From a bacterium (GTDB taxonomy: Bacteria > Auribacterota > Erginobacteria > Erginobacterales > DAOSXE01): a stretch of 32,000 bases of DNA. The stretch covers positions 1,207-33,206 of the forward strand of contig DAOSXE010000002.1 in NCBI GenBank assembly GCA_035380285.1, given 5' to 3'. Position numbers and translations under genes: made by a program. A model generated the notes under the pieces. It worked only from the letters and a program-made list of their open reading frames with translations, was not told where the DNA came from and made no database searches. This document shows positions 16,846 through 25,388 of the stretch, piece after piece. Within the stretch, counting starts at the first letter, position 1; each line of letters opens with the position of its first letter.

Positions 16846-19206
16846 ATGACAACCTTGGTCAGGAAGCCTGTATTCATGCTGGTTTGCGCCTTCGCGATCT
16901 TTGCCGTATCCGCCCCGTTGCCGCGAGCGGAGGCGGCGGGGCCCACCCCGGAGGACCAGGCGCTTTTGGAAGAAATGCGCCAGGAGATCGCGGCGCAGGG
17001 CTACGGATTCACCGTGGACTGGGATCCTCACCTCAACTCCGACGCCTGGTTCACCCCGGACCGCTCGGCCAAGGACAGACTGCCCCGGGCCCTTCCTCCC
17101 CGTACCGCCGCTCCCTTGCCGACCGCCTTCAGCTGGGCGGACTACGACGCCCTGACCCCGGTCCGGGACCAGGGGTACGTCTGCGCCGGCGGCTGGGCCT
17201 TCGCCATGGGGGGGGTGGTCGAATCTCTCTTCAAGATGAGCTACGGCCTCGATCTGGATATCTCCGAACAGTGGATCATCGAGTGCAACACCCTGGGGTA
17301 CGACTGCATCCCCAGCCACGACGCCTACTTCTGCTACCAGTTTCTCTGCGACCAGCCGGCCCTCGACGGCGAAGCCGGGATCGTCCCCGAATCCGAGTTT
17401 TTCTACGCCGACACCGACGTCCTTCCCTGTTCCACCAACTACCCTTACCTCAAGGTCGGCCGGCTGGACAGTTTTCTCCTGGTGGGAGACGACGGCGACC
17501 TCAGCGACCCCGAGCCCCGGGTCGAGGATATCAAGCGCGCCATCTACGAAACCGGCCCGGTCTCGGTCATGCTGGGCGCCGATATTTATTTCAGCGGCTA
17601 TTCGGGGGGGATTTTCGACTACGACATCCGTGAACCGGAAGCGGTCCAGGCCGTGGTCCTGTACGGCTGGGACGATTCCCAGGGCGACCACGGGGTCTGG
17701 TTCCTCCGCAACAGCTTCGGAACCGGCTGGGGCGAGCCCATGAGCTACAGCACCGGAATCTCCCCCGGTCCCGACCGGGGCTACATGCGCATCGCCTACG
17801 GCGCCAGCCGGGTGGGGATCGACGCTCAATACGCCGAATTCCAGCCCTCGACCCAGCGGCGCTCCTACAGTGTGAGGCGGTTCGAGAACGATTTTACGGG
17901 AGGGGGCACCGCCCAAAACTGGAAAGCGGACGAGGCGCTCTGGCAGTACGCGCTGCCCTTCACCTTCCCCTTCTACCGGCGCCCCTACAACAATATCTGG
18001 GTGTCTTCCAACGGCTACATATCCTTCTCCGCCGGGACCTGTCTCTGGAACGCCGATATCGACACCCTGCGCTCCACCCGCATGATCGCTCCCTTCTGGA
18101 TCGACCTTTCCACGGCCGACACGGGCCGGGACATCTACATCGACGAGCAGACCGACAACGTCACCATCCGCTGGAACGCCATCCAGCCCGGGCTTCCCAC
18201 CATCGCCATCCAGGCCGAACTCATTCTCAACCGCGACGGCAGTTTCCAGATCAACTACGGCGACGGCAACATCTTCGCCGGTTTCTACCCGGTCGTCGGC
18301 TTCTCCGACGGCAACGGTATCGACTTTCAGCTTACCGACTGCAACGGGCGCTGGAACCTCCAGTCCGATTTCCCCGAAACCAACAATTACACCGGGGCTT
18401 TCTGCCCCGGGGTGCTCAAATCCCGCCGGGTGCTCTCCCGCACCTTTACCCCGATCAGCTCCGCCGCCGGAATCGTCGACGGCGACTACAGCGGCAACGG
18501 GAAATCCGATATCGCGGTGCTGCGGTCCTACCGGGGCAAGTGGAGCATCCGGGGATTTTCGAACGTATACTACGGCGCGGCCGGCGACCTCCCGGTCTCC
18601 GGCGACTACGACGGCGACGGCACCGCCGACATCGCCGTTTTCCGGCCCTCCACCGGCCTCTGGGCCGTCCGCGGCGTCACCGCCGCCTACTACGGAATTC
18701 TGGGCGACAAGGCCGTTCCCGCCGATTACAACGGGGACGGCAAAACCGACATCGCCGTTTTCCGGCCCGATACCGCCGCCTGGAGCGTCCGGAACCTCAG
18801 CCACTTCTACCACGGCAAACGCATGGACGTCCCTCTCCCGGGGGATTACAACGGCGACGGCAGAGCCGAAGCCGCCGTCTACCGGCCCTTGACCGGCGGC
18901 TGGATGATCCGGGGGATGGGTTCCCGGTGGCTGGGCACCTACGGGGACATTCCCGTCCCCGGAGATTACTCCGGGGACGGCAGCACCTACCCGGCGATCT
19001 TCCGGCCTTCCTCCGGGCTCTGGGTGATCCAGGGCCTTTCCCGGCTCTACTTCGGGGCTCCCGGAGATTCGCCGGTGCCGCTCGACTATTCGGGGGTGGA
19101 CGCCCTGCGCTTGGGCATATTCCGTCCCTCCAGCGGCCTCTGGGTCGTCCGGCAAGTCACCCGCGCCTACTTCGGAGCCACCGGGGATACCCCCGTCACC
19201 AAATAA
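16846..19206 (+). CDS. Exported papain-fold (C1A-like) pseudopeptidase with central beta domain and six C-terminal calcium-loop repeats
   Basis: Signal peptide 'MTTLVRKPVFMLVCAFAIFAVSAPLPRAEAA'; 'FSWADYDALTPVRDQGYVCAGGWAFAMGGVVESLF', 'AVQAVVLYGWDDSQGDHGVWFLRNSFGTGWG' (C1-like); 'FTFPFYRRPYNNIWVSSNGYISF'; 6 x 40-aa 'GDYNGDGxxDIAVFRPxxGLWxVRxxxxxYFGxxGDxPVP'. Confidence 0.85.
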   Translation: MTTLVRKPVFMLVCAFAIFAVSAPLPRAEAAGPTPEDQALLEEMRQEIAAQGYGFTVDWDPHLNSDAWFTPDRSAKDRLPRALPPRTAAPLPTAFSWADYDALTPVRDQGYVCAGGWAFAMGGVVESLFKMSYGLDLDISEQWIIECNTLGYDCIPSHDAYFCYQFLCDQPALDGEAGIVPESEFFYADTDVLPCSTNYPYLKVGRLDSFLLVGDDGDLSDPEPRVEDIKRAIYETGPVSVMLGADIYFSGYSGGIFDYDIREPEAVQAVVLYGWDDSQGDHGVWFLRNSFGTGWGEPMSYSTGISPGPDRGYMRIAYGASRVGIDAQYAEFQPSTQRRSYSVRRFENDFTGGGTAQNWKADEALWQYALPFTFPFYRRPYNNIWVSSNGYISFSAGTCLWNADIDTLRSTRMIAPFWIDLSTADTGRDIYIDEQTDNVTIRWNAIQPGLPTIAIQAELILNRDGSFQINYGDGNIFAGFYPVVGFSDGNGIDFQLTDCNGRWNLQSDFPETNNYTGAFCPGVLKSRRVLSRTFTPISSAAGIVDGDYSGNGKSDIAVLRSYRGKWSIRGFSNVYYGAAGDLPVSGDYDGDGTADIAVFRPSTGLWAVRGVTAAYYGILGDKAVPADYNGDGKTDIAVFRPDTAAWSVRNLSHFYHGKRMDVPLPGDYNGDGRAEAAVYRPLTGGWMIRGMGSRWLGTYGDIPVPGDYSGDGSTYPAIFRPSSGLWVIQGLSRLYFGAPGDSPVPLDYSGVDALRLGIFRPSSGLWVVRQVTRAYFGATGDTPVTK
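18481..19203 (+). repeat. Six in-frame 120-bp (40-aa) FG-GAP/VCBS-like repeats
   Basis: Repeat starts at 18481, 18601, 18721, 18841, 18961 and 19081, spacing exactly 120 bp, each beginning (G/A)DYxGxG. Confidence 0.92.
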
Positions 19207-19250
19207 TGAACGTACTGGTCACAAGCAACAAATACCTGCCGAGGTTGTCG

Positions 19251-22200
19251 ATGAGAGTTTTTGTACGCACCGTTTTCAGCGCAGCCGCCGCCCTGGCGTT
19301 GTTTCTGCCCCCGGCGTTTTCCCAGGCCCAGTGGGGGTCGGGAGTGATCAAGGGGCGGGTGACCGACGCCGCCACCGGAGCGGGCATCGCCGGAGTGAGG
19401 ATGCTGGCCATGTCTTCCGGGGGAGGCCGGGCCGGAGTTACCGACGCCGGCGGCTACTACACCCTGAGCAACCTCATCCCCGGACTCTACCGGCTTCAAG
19501 CCTACACCGACCTGGAGTTCCCCGGCATCGGCTACGCCACCCAATACTACTCGCAGAAGTACTACTTCGAGACCGCGGATCCGATCAAGGCCGAAAACGG
19601 GGTGGAGACGACCGGAGTGGATATGCAGCTGGACCGGGGGGCGGTCATCACCGGGCAACTGACCGACGCCCACACCGGGGAAGTGGTCGTCGGGCTCAAG
19701 ATCGCCGCCTACACCCTGGGCGAGAAAGCCGCTTTCTGGAACAACTCCGACGAGAACGGCATCTTCGAACTCCAGCCCCTGCGTGACGGCTACTACCGGC
19801 TTCTGGCCTACACCCAGCCCTACAACTACACCAACCCCGAGGGGAAATGTTTCCAGCAGGAGTGGTACCTGCACAGCGAATTCGGGTCCGCGACCGTTTT
19901 TCAGGTCGCCAAGGGAGAAGTGCGGACCCTGAGCGGGCCCTGGGAACTGGATTACTGCAAGACCCCCACGCCCGAGCCCGAGCCCACTCCAACTCCGGAA
20001 CCGCCCCCGCTGCAGATCTACCAGGTCTGGCCCGGCTACCCCTCCGACCCGGGCGACGGCATCGGCCAGGCCACCGTGGTCATCGCCCCCAACGACAAGG
20101 TCTGGCTCTTCGACTGCGGCGACCGCTACTGGGCCGGGGAGCTGGATAAGGACTGTCCCCGGGAAGTTCTCTACCTCCTCGATTCCCTCGGCTACAGTTC
20201 GATCGACTACGCCGTGGTCAGCCACTACGACGCCGACCACTGTTACGGATTCATCACCATCGCCAACGGCACCGGCGACCCCGGCGACCCGCCCCTGGTC
20301 CGGGACGGGGTGGGACAGATCCCGGTGGCGTACGACCGAGGCGGCACCACCGACGTCGACGGGGATCCCCTCTCGGTCTTCTACACCGCTGGGATCTCCC
20401 AGCGCAAGACCCCGGTCCTGGGGACCGACATTCCCCTGGGCAGCGGGGCGGTCCTGCGCTGGCTGGCTTTCGGGAACCCCAACTACGGGGCTCCGGGAGA
20501 GACCAACGAAGTCTACGTCCTCGACCACGCCCCCCTGACCACGGCCGACGGCAACATCGACGAAAACTCCAAGAGCATCGTCGTTTCCCTGCTCTACGGG
20601 GGCTTCGACTACTACATCGGCGGCGATTCGACCTGCAGCTCCCTCAGCTCCTTCGTGGGGGTGGAGGAGGCCGTAAGCGAAGTGTACCGGACCACGTTCA
20701 ACCGCTCCTTCGACATCATCCTCCTCGACCACCACGGGTCCAGTTACCACACCCCCACCTACTTCCTCATGCGCACCCTCCCCGAGGCGGCCATGGTGGC
20801 CTGCTGGGACAACAATTACGGCCACCCCACCTGCGCCACGCTGGACCGGGTGGTGCAGTACACCGAAACCGGCCCCGGGCGCCAGTCGGTCTTCCAGGTC
20901 GACGAGGGGAGCAGCTCCTACCCCTGCAACGCCTACGCCCTCTCCGCCAACGCCCCCATCCGGATCTTCACCGACGGCTACTACTACTCGATCGAACCCC
21001 GTTCCGACCTGGCCCCGGCCTACTACACCACCGCCTCCCCGCTCCCGATCTCCCGGTATACCTCCCTGGACCCGATCACCGACACCGCCTGGGACAACCA
21101 CCCGGTCGACGACATCGGCATCCCCACGCCCACTCCGGCACCCACCCCCCCGGTGGAGCGTTCGGTCGTCATCAACGAAGTCTGCTGGGCCGGGACCCAG
21201 GCCAGTTATTATGACGAGTGGATCGAGTTCTACAACCGTACCGACACCGCCGTCGACATCAGCTCCTGGTCGATCATCAGCCCCCGCTACTCCTTCAACT
21301 TCTCCGAAGCCGAGGGTTCTCTGGTGATTCCGGCCCACGGCTACTGGGTCTTCGCCGACAAGCAGATCTTCTCTTCGGGAGCGACGGTCAATATCACCGG
21401 GTCCATCGCCCTCTACAACGACAACCAGGGTCAGTTCCGGCTTTACAACCAGCCCGACGGCGCCGGGGTCCTGGTCGACGCCGTCAACCCCGACGGAGCC
21501 ACCGTCTGGTGCGGAGGGTCCAGCGGGGGAGAGGCCGACCGCCGCAGCATGGAGCGCAGGAACTGGGGCCTGGACGGCGCCGTCTGCGCCAACTGGTGCA
21601 CCTACGGGGGCGTACCCGTCGTCGAGGACAGCAGCGGGTACCCGGTCCTGGGCAGCCCGGGCTACGAAAACAGCTGTTTCTTCACCACCCCCTCGCCGTC
21701 GCCCTCTCCCATCGCCTCCCCGACCCCGACGACGACTCCGATCGGCTTCAAAACCCCCAGCCCCTCGACCACCCCCACTCCGCTGCCGCCGGTGGTCATC
21801 GTCAACGAGATCGCCTGGTCCGGCACCGCCGCCGGCGGGAGCTACGAGTGGATCGAGCTCTACAACGCCACCGGGAGCACGGTCGACCTCACCAACTGGT
21901 TCCTCGAAATCGGCGGCGTCAGCATCGACCTGACCGGGTCCATCGACCCCATGGGATACTACCTGCTGGAACGCTACCAGGCGGCCGTCAGCGACATCCC
22001 CGGCGACATGGTCTACGACTTCGGTTCCATCAGCAACCTGGGGGAGACGGTCGCCCTGCTCAACACCGGAATAACCGTGGACTTCATCGACTGCCTGAGC
22101 GGCTGGTTCGCCGGTTCGGCCAGCCCCGGGTATTACTCGATGGAAAGAATCTACCCCGGCTACTCCGGTTCCAACCCCTCAAACTGGCAGAACAACAACG

Positions 22201-23660
22201 GCGTCCAGACCAACGGCCACGACGCCGACGGGAACCCCCTCAACGCCACCGCCCGGGCCCAGAACAGCGCCTACCTGCCCACGCCTCCGCCGACGCCGAG
22301 AGTCATCACTCCCACCCCCACCATATCCCCCATCACGCCGACCCCGACCGTGACCCCGTTCGGCTACAAGACTCCCCCCCCGACGCCGCCGCCGCCGGCG
22401 GTCGTCATCAACGAAGTCGCCTGGGCCGGGACCGCGGCCTCCACCAGCGACGAGTGGATGGAGCTCTACAACAACACCGGCAGCGCCGTCAGCCTGGCCG
22501 GCTGGGTTCTGGCCTCCACCGACGGCAACCCCAACATCTCTCTCGCGGGGTCGATCGGTGCCCACTCCTACTACCTGATCGAGCGCACCGACGACAACGT
22601 CATCAGCGACATCCCCGGCGACCTGGTGGTCAGTTTCGGCACCGGCCTCTCCAACACCGGGGAGCACCTGCAGCTCAAGAACGGGGCGGCCGAAGTGGTG
22701 GACGAACTCGACTGTTCCGGGGGCTGGTGGGGCGGCGACAACACCACCAAGGCCACCATGGAACGGATCGATCCCGAGGAATACGGCAACCTCTCCTCCA
22801 ACTGGAGCTCCTGGGCGGGACCGTCCTGGAACGGCCGAGACGCCAACAACAACCCGGTCAAGGGTACCGCCCGGGCCCAGAACAGCATCTACGCGCCCGG
22901 ATCCGCGTTCCTGCGCCTGGACAACGGCGATTACAACGGCGACGGCATCGCCGATATCGCCGTCTTCCGTCCCTCCTCGGGGCTCTGGGTGATCCGGCTG
23001 TTGAGCAGCTTCCACTTCGGACGCCCCGGCGACCTGCCCGTCTCCGGGGATTACGACGGCGACGGGACTTCCGACGCCGCCGTGTACCGCCCCGAAAAAG
23101 GCCTCTGGCTCTCCGCCTCGGGTCTCAGGCTCTACCTGGGCCGCGGCGGTGACGTTCCCGTTCCCCGCGACTACAACGGCGACGGCATCACCGATCCCGC
23201 CGTCTTCCGTCCCGCATCGGCCCTCTGGGTCGTCGACGGACAGGAGCGCTTCTACTACGGCGCTCCCGGCGATCTGGCCGTTCCGGCGGACTACCTCGGA
23301 ACCGGCGCCGTGCCCGCCGTCTTCCGGGAAGGTTCCGGACTCTGGGCCGTCCGGGGCGGTTTCAAGACCTGGCTGGGCCGAAGCGGAGATATTCCCGTCC
23401 CCGCCGATTACGACGGCGACGGGCGGGCCGACGTGGCCGTCTATCGTCCTTCCTCCGGGCTCTGGGCCGGAGAAGCGGGCCTTTCCTACTTCGGCGCTCC
23501 GGGCGACCTGCCGCTTCCCGCCGATTACAACGGCGACGGCACCGCTCAGTCCGCGGTCTACCGCCCGTCCAAATCGCTCTGGGCGATCGAGGAAGGCGAG
23601 GGAAAAACCGGAGCGATAATCTACTTCGGGACCGCGGAAGACATCCCGGCCACCCGGTAA
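19251..23660 (+). CDS. Giant exported multidomain protein: carboxypeptidase-regulatory-like domain, ComEC-like metallo-beta-lactamase fold domain, three lamin-tail domains, six C-terminal repeats
   Basis: Signal peptide 'MRVFVRTVFSAAAALALFLPPAFSQA'; 'IKGRVTDAATGAGIAGVRMLAMS'; MBL motifs 'AVVSHYDADHCYGF' and 'LLDHHGSSYHTPTYFLMRTLP'; LTD motifs 'VVINEVCWAG..YYDEWIEFYN', 'VIVNEIAWSG..SYEWIELYN', 'VVINEVAWAG..SDEWMELYN' joined by Pro/Thr-rich linkers. Alternative in-frame ATG at 19206 overlaps the previous stop. Confidence 0.87.
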   Translation: MRVFVRTVFSAAAALALFLPPAFSQAQWGSGVIKGRVTDAATGAGIAGVRMLAMSSGGGRAGVTDAGGYYTLSNLIPGLYRLQAYTDLEFPGIGYATQYYSQKYYFETADPIKAENGVETTGVDMQLDRGAVITGQLTDAHTGEVVVGLKIAAYTLGEKAAFWNNSDENGIFELQPLRDGYYRLLAYTQPYNYTNPEGKCFQQEWYLHSEFGSATVFQVAKGEVRTLSGPWELDYCKTPTPEPEPTPTPEPPPLQIYQVWPGYPSDPGDGIGQATVVIAPNDKVWLFDCGDRYWAGELDKDCPREVLYLLDSLGYSSIDYAVVSHYDADHCYGFITIANGTGDPGDPPLVRDGVGQIPVAYDRGGTTDVDGDPLSVFYTAGISQRKTPVLGTDIPLGSGAVLRWLAFGNPNYGAPGETNEVYVLDHAPLTTADGNIDENSKSIVVSLLYGGFDYYIGGDSTCSSLSSFVGVEEAVSEVYRTTFNRSFDIILLDHHGSSYHTPTYFLMRTLPEAAMVACWDNNYGHPTCATLDRVVQYTETGPGRQSVFQVDEGSSSYPCNAYALSANAPIRIFTDGYYYSIEPRSDLAPAYYTTASPLPISRYTSLDPITDTAWDNHPVDDIGIPTPTPAPTPPVERSVVINEVCWAGTQASYYDEWIEFYNRTDTAVDISSWSIISPRYSFNFSEAEGSLVIPAHGYWVFADKQIFSSGATVNITGSIALYNDNQGQFRLYNQPDGAGVLVDAVNPDGATVWCGGSSGGEADRRSMERRNWGLDGAVCANWCTYGGVPVVEDSSGYPVLGSPGYENSCFFTTPSPSPSPIASPTPTTTPIGFKTPSPSTTPTPLPPVVIVNEIAWSGTAAGGSYEWIELYNATGSTVDLTNWFLEIGGVSIDLTGSIDPMGYYLLERYQAAVSDIPGDMVYDFGSISNLGETVALLNTGITVDFIDCLSGWFAGSASPGYYSMERIYPGYSGSNPSNWQNNNGVQTNGHDADGNPLNATARAQNSAYLPTPPPTPRVITPTPTISPITPTPTVTPFGYKTPPPTPPPPAVVINEVAWAGTAASTSDEWMELYNNTGSAVSLAGWVLASTDGNPNISLAGSIGAHSYYLIERTDDNVISDIPGDLVVSFGTGLSNTGEHLQLKNGAAEVVDELDCSGGWWGGDNTTKATMERIDPEEYGNLSSNWSSWAGPSWNGRDANNNPVKGTARAQNSIYAPGSAFLRLDNGDYNGDGIADIAVFRPSSGLWVIRLLSSFHFGRPGDLPVSGDYDGDGTSDAAVYRPEKGLWLSASGLRLYLGRGGDVPVPRDYNGDGITDPAVFRPASALWVVDGQERFYYGAPGDLAVPADYLGTGAVPAVFREGSGLWAVRGGFKTWLGRSGDIPVPADYDGDGRADVAVYRPSSGLWAGEAGLSYFGAPGDLPLPADYNGDGTAQSAVYRPSKSLWAIEEGEGKTGAIIYFGTAEDIPATR
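22926..23657 (+). repeat. Six in-frame 117-120-bp repeats, same family as 18481..19203
   Basis: Repeat starts at 22926, 23046, 23166, 23286, 23403 and 23520; consensus (G/A)DYNGDGxxDxAVFRPxxGLWxxxxxxxxYFGxxGDxPVP. Confidence 0.9.
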
Positions 23661-23670
23661 CGCTTCCGCC

Positions 23671-23713
23671 GTTCGGAGAAAGCGTCCGCCGCCGGCGGGC
23701 GCTTTCTCCGGGC
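23671..23713 (+). promoter_or_regulatory. Strong RNA hairpin (about 20-bp stem, 3-nt loop) between two genes
   Basis: Perfect 11-bp arms CGGAGAAAGCG (23674-23684) / CGCTTTCTCCG (23700-23710), extended outward by 3 pairs (two G-U) and inward by 6 pairs (TCCGCC/GGCGGG, one G-U). No downstream T tract. Confidence 0.6.
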
Positions 23714-23728
23714 GGCAACGGTGGGCGG

Positions 23729-24934
23729 ATGGCAAAGACGATAGCCGAAATCAACGAGAAAATCCGTTCCGGAACGGCGGTGGTCCGCACCGCCGAGGAG
23801 ATCATCGGGATCGTCGAGGAACGGGGCGCGGACGCCGCCGCCGCCGCCGTGGACGTGGTCACCACCGGCACCTTCGGGGCCATGTGCTCTTCGGGGGTCT
23901 TTCTCAACCTGGGCCATACGCGTCCCAAGATGAAGATCTCCCGGGCCTGGATCAACGACGTCGAGGCCTACAGCGGTATCGCCGCCGTGGACGTCTACCT
24001 GGGCGCGGCCCAGGTGGCCACGAACGATCCCTTGAACATGGTCTTCCCCGGAGAGTTCCGCTACGGGGGAGGGCATGTCATTCAGGATCTGGTGGCGGGT
24101 AAATCCGTGCGCCTGGCCGCCGAGGCCTACGGAACCGACTGCTACCCCCGGAAACACCTGGAAACCTCGATCTCTCTGGCCGAAATCAACGAAGCCACCC
24201 TGTTCAATCCGCGCAACTGTTATCAGAACTACAACGTCGCGGTCAACGCCGGCGCCGGGAGAACCATCTACACCTACCTGGGAGTGCTCAAACCCCACTG
24301 CGGAAACGCCAATTATTCCAGCGCCGGTCAGCTCAGCCCCCTGCTCAACGATCCTTTCCTGCGGACCATCGGGATCGGGACCAGGATTTTCCTGGGAGGC
24401 GGGGTGGGCTATATCGCCTGGCAGGGCACCCAGCACAACCCGGGGGCGCCCCGGGACGAGGGGGGGATTCCCACCGAAGGAGCCGCCACACTCTCCCTGA
24501 TCGGGGACCTGAAGCAGATGAACCCCCGTTGGCTGGTGGGGCTGAGCCTGCTCGGATACGGCGTATCCCTGATGGTCGGCGTCGGCGTTCCCATTCCCCT
24601 TCTCGACGGAGAGGTCGCCCACCGGACGGCGGTGCGGGATCGGGATATCCTGGCCCCGATCGTGGATTATTCCTCCGACTACCCCGAACGCTCCCCCCGG
24701 ATATTGGGCCGAGTCTCCTACGAAGAGCTGCGTTCGGGATCGATCGGAATCGAGGGGAAGCGAGTGCCGACCGTTCCTCTCTCCAGTTACGCCGGCGCCC
24801 GGGAGATAGCCTCCCTGCTCAAATCCTGGATCGAGAAGGGGACATTCTCCCTCACCGAGCCGGCGGCCCGGCTGCCGGGACCGGAATCGGCCGTAACCCT
24901 CAAACCCCTGGAAATCCGGAGGCGGGACATCTGA
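23729..24934 (+). CDS. COG1900/DUF39 homocysteine biosynthesis (sulfur incorporation) enzyme
   Basis: 'MAKTIAEINEKIRSGTAVVRTAEEIIGIVEERGADAAAAAVDVVTTGTFGAMCSSGVFLNLGH...MKISRAWINDVEAYSGIAAVDVYLGA' is characteristic of the HcyBio family; next gene is its usual NIL-ferredoxin partner. Confidence 0.9.
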   Translation: MAKTIAEINEKIRSGTAVVRTAEEIIGIVEERGADAAAAAVDVVTTGTFGAMCSSGVFLNLGHTRPKMKISRAWINDVEAYSGIAAVDVYLGAAQVATNDPLNMVFPGEFRYGGGHVIQDLVAGKSVRLAAEAYGTDCYPRKHLETSISLAEINEATLFNPRNCYQNYNVAVNAGAGRTIYTYLGVLKPHCGNANYSSAGQLSPLLNDPFLRTIGIGTRIFLGGGVGYIAWQGTQHNPGAPRDEGGIPTEGAATLSLIGDLKQMNPRWLVGLSLLGYGVSLMVGVGVPIPLLDGEVAHRTAVRDRDILAPIVDYSSDYPERSPRILGRVSYEELRSGSIGIEGKRVPTVPLSSYAGAREIASLLKSWIEKGTFSLTEPAARLPGPESAVTLKPLEIRRRDI

Positions 24935-24946
24935 GCCCGGAAATTC

Positions 24947-25354
24947 ATGCCCCGGCACAGAATCGTCGTTAAGTTTCCGCCTTTCAAAATCGATCAACCC
25001 ATCATCTACCGCCTGGCCAAGGATTTCAGCCTGATCTTCAACATCCTCCAGGCGCGGGTCAACCCGGAACAGGAATCGATACTGGTACTGGAAATCACGG
25101 GGGAAAACGATCAATGCCAGGCGGGAATGGCCTACCTGGCCAAGGCGGGGCTGGAAGTCCAACCCCTCAGCAGCGACATCAACAAAAACGAAGACAAATG
25201 CACGCACTGCGGGGCTTGTCTCGCCGTCTGCCCGACCGGGGCCCTGGCGGTGGACCCGGAAACGTACAAGGTCGTTTTCGACAACACCCGCTGCATCGCT
25301 TGCGAAGCCTGCGTTCCGGCCTGCCCGGCCCGAGCCATGGAAATCCACTTTTAA
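24947..25354 (+). CDS. NIL domain + 2x[4Fe-4S] ferredoxin protein
   Basis: N-terminal NIL-like ligand-binding domain ('KFPPFKIDQPIIYRLAKDFSLIFNILQARVNPEQESILVLEITG') followed by 'CTHCGACLAVCPTGAL' and 'CIACEACVPACPARAM'. Confidence 0.92.
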   Translation: MPRHRIVVKFPPFKIDQPIIYRLAKDFSLIFNILQARVNPEQESILVLEITGENDQCQAGMAYLAKAGLEVQPLSSDINKNEDKCTHCGACLAVCPTGALAVDPETYKVVFDNTRCIACEACVPACPARAMEIHF

Positions 25355-25388
25355 CGGCGCTGCCCGCGCCCACGACAAGGAGACCTCC

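Noticed and set aside
18481-19203. Exact 120-bp periodicity considered as a non-coding tandem repeat or CRISPR-like array
   Set aside because: Units are diverged in sequence, have no short identical repeat/unique spacer pattern, and encode a clean 40-aa protein repeat.
16570-21338. Long minus-strand ORFs (16570..19155 and 19167..21338)
   Set aside because: Antisense mirror of repetitive, high-GC exported genes; Val/Gly/Asp-rich translation without domain motifs.
21218-23152. 644-aa plus-strand ORF in an alternative frame inside the giant exported gene
   Set aside because: Arg/Gln-rich out-of-frame reading; the overlapping frame has lamin-tail and repeat motifs.
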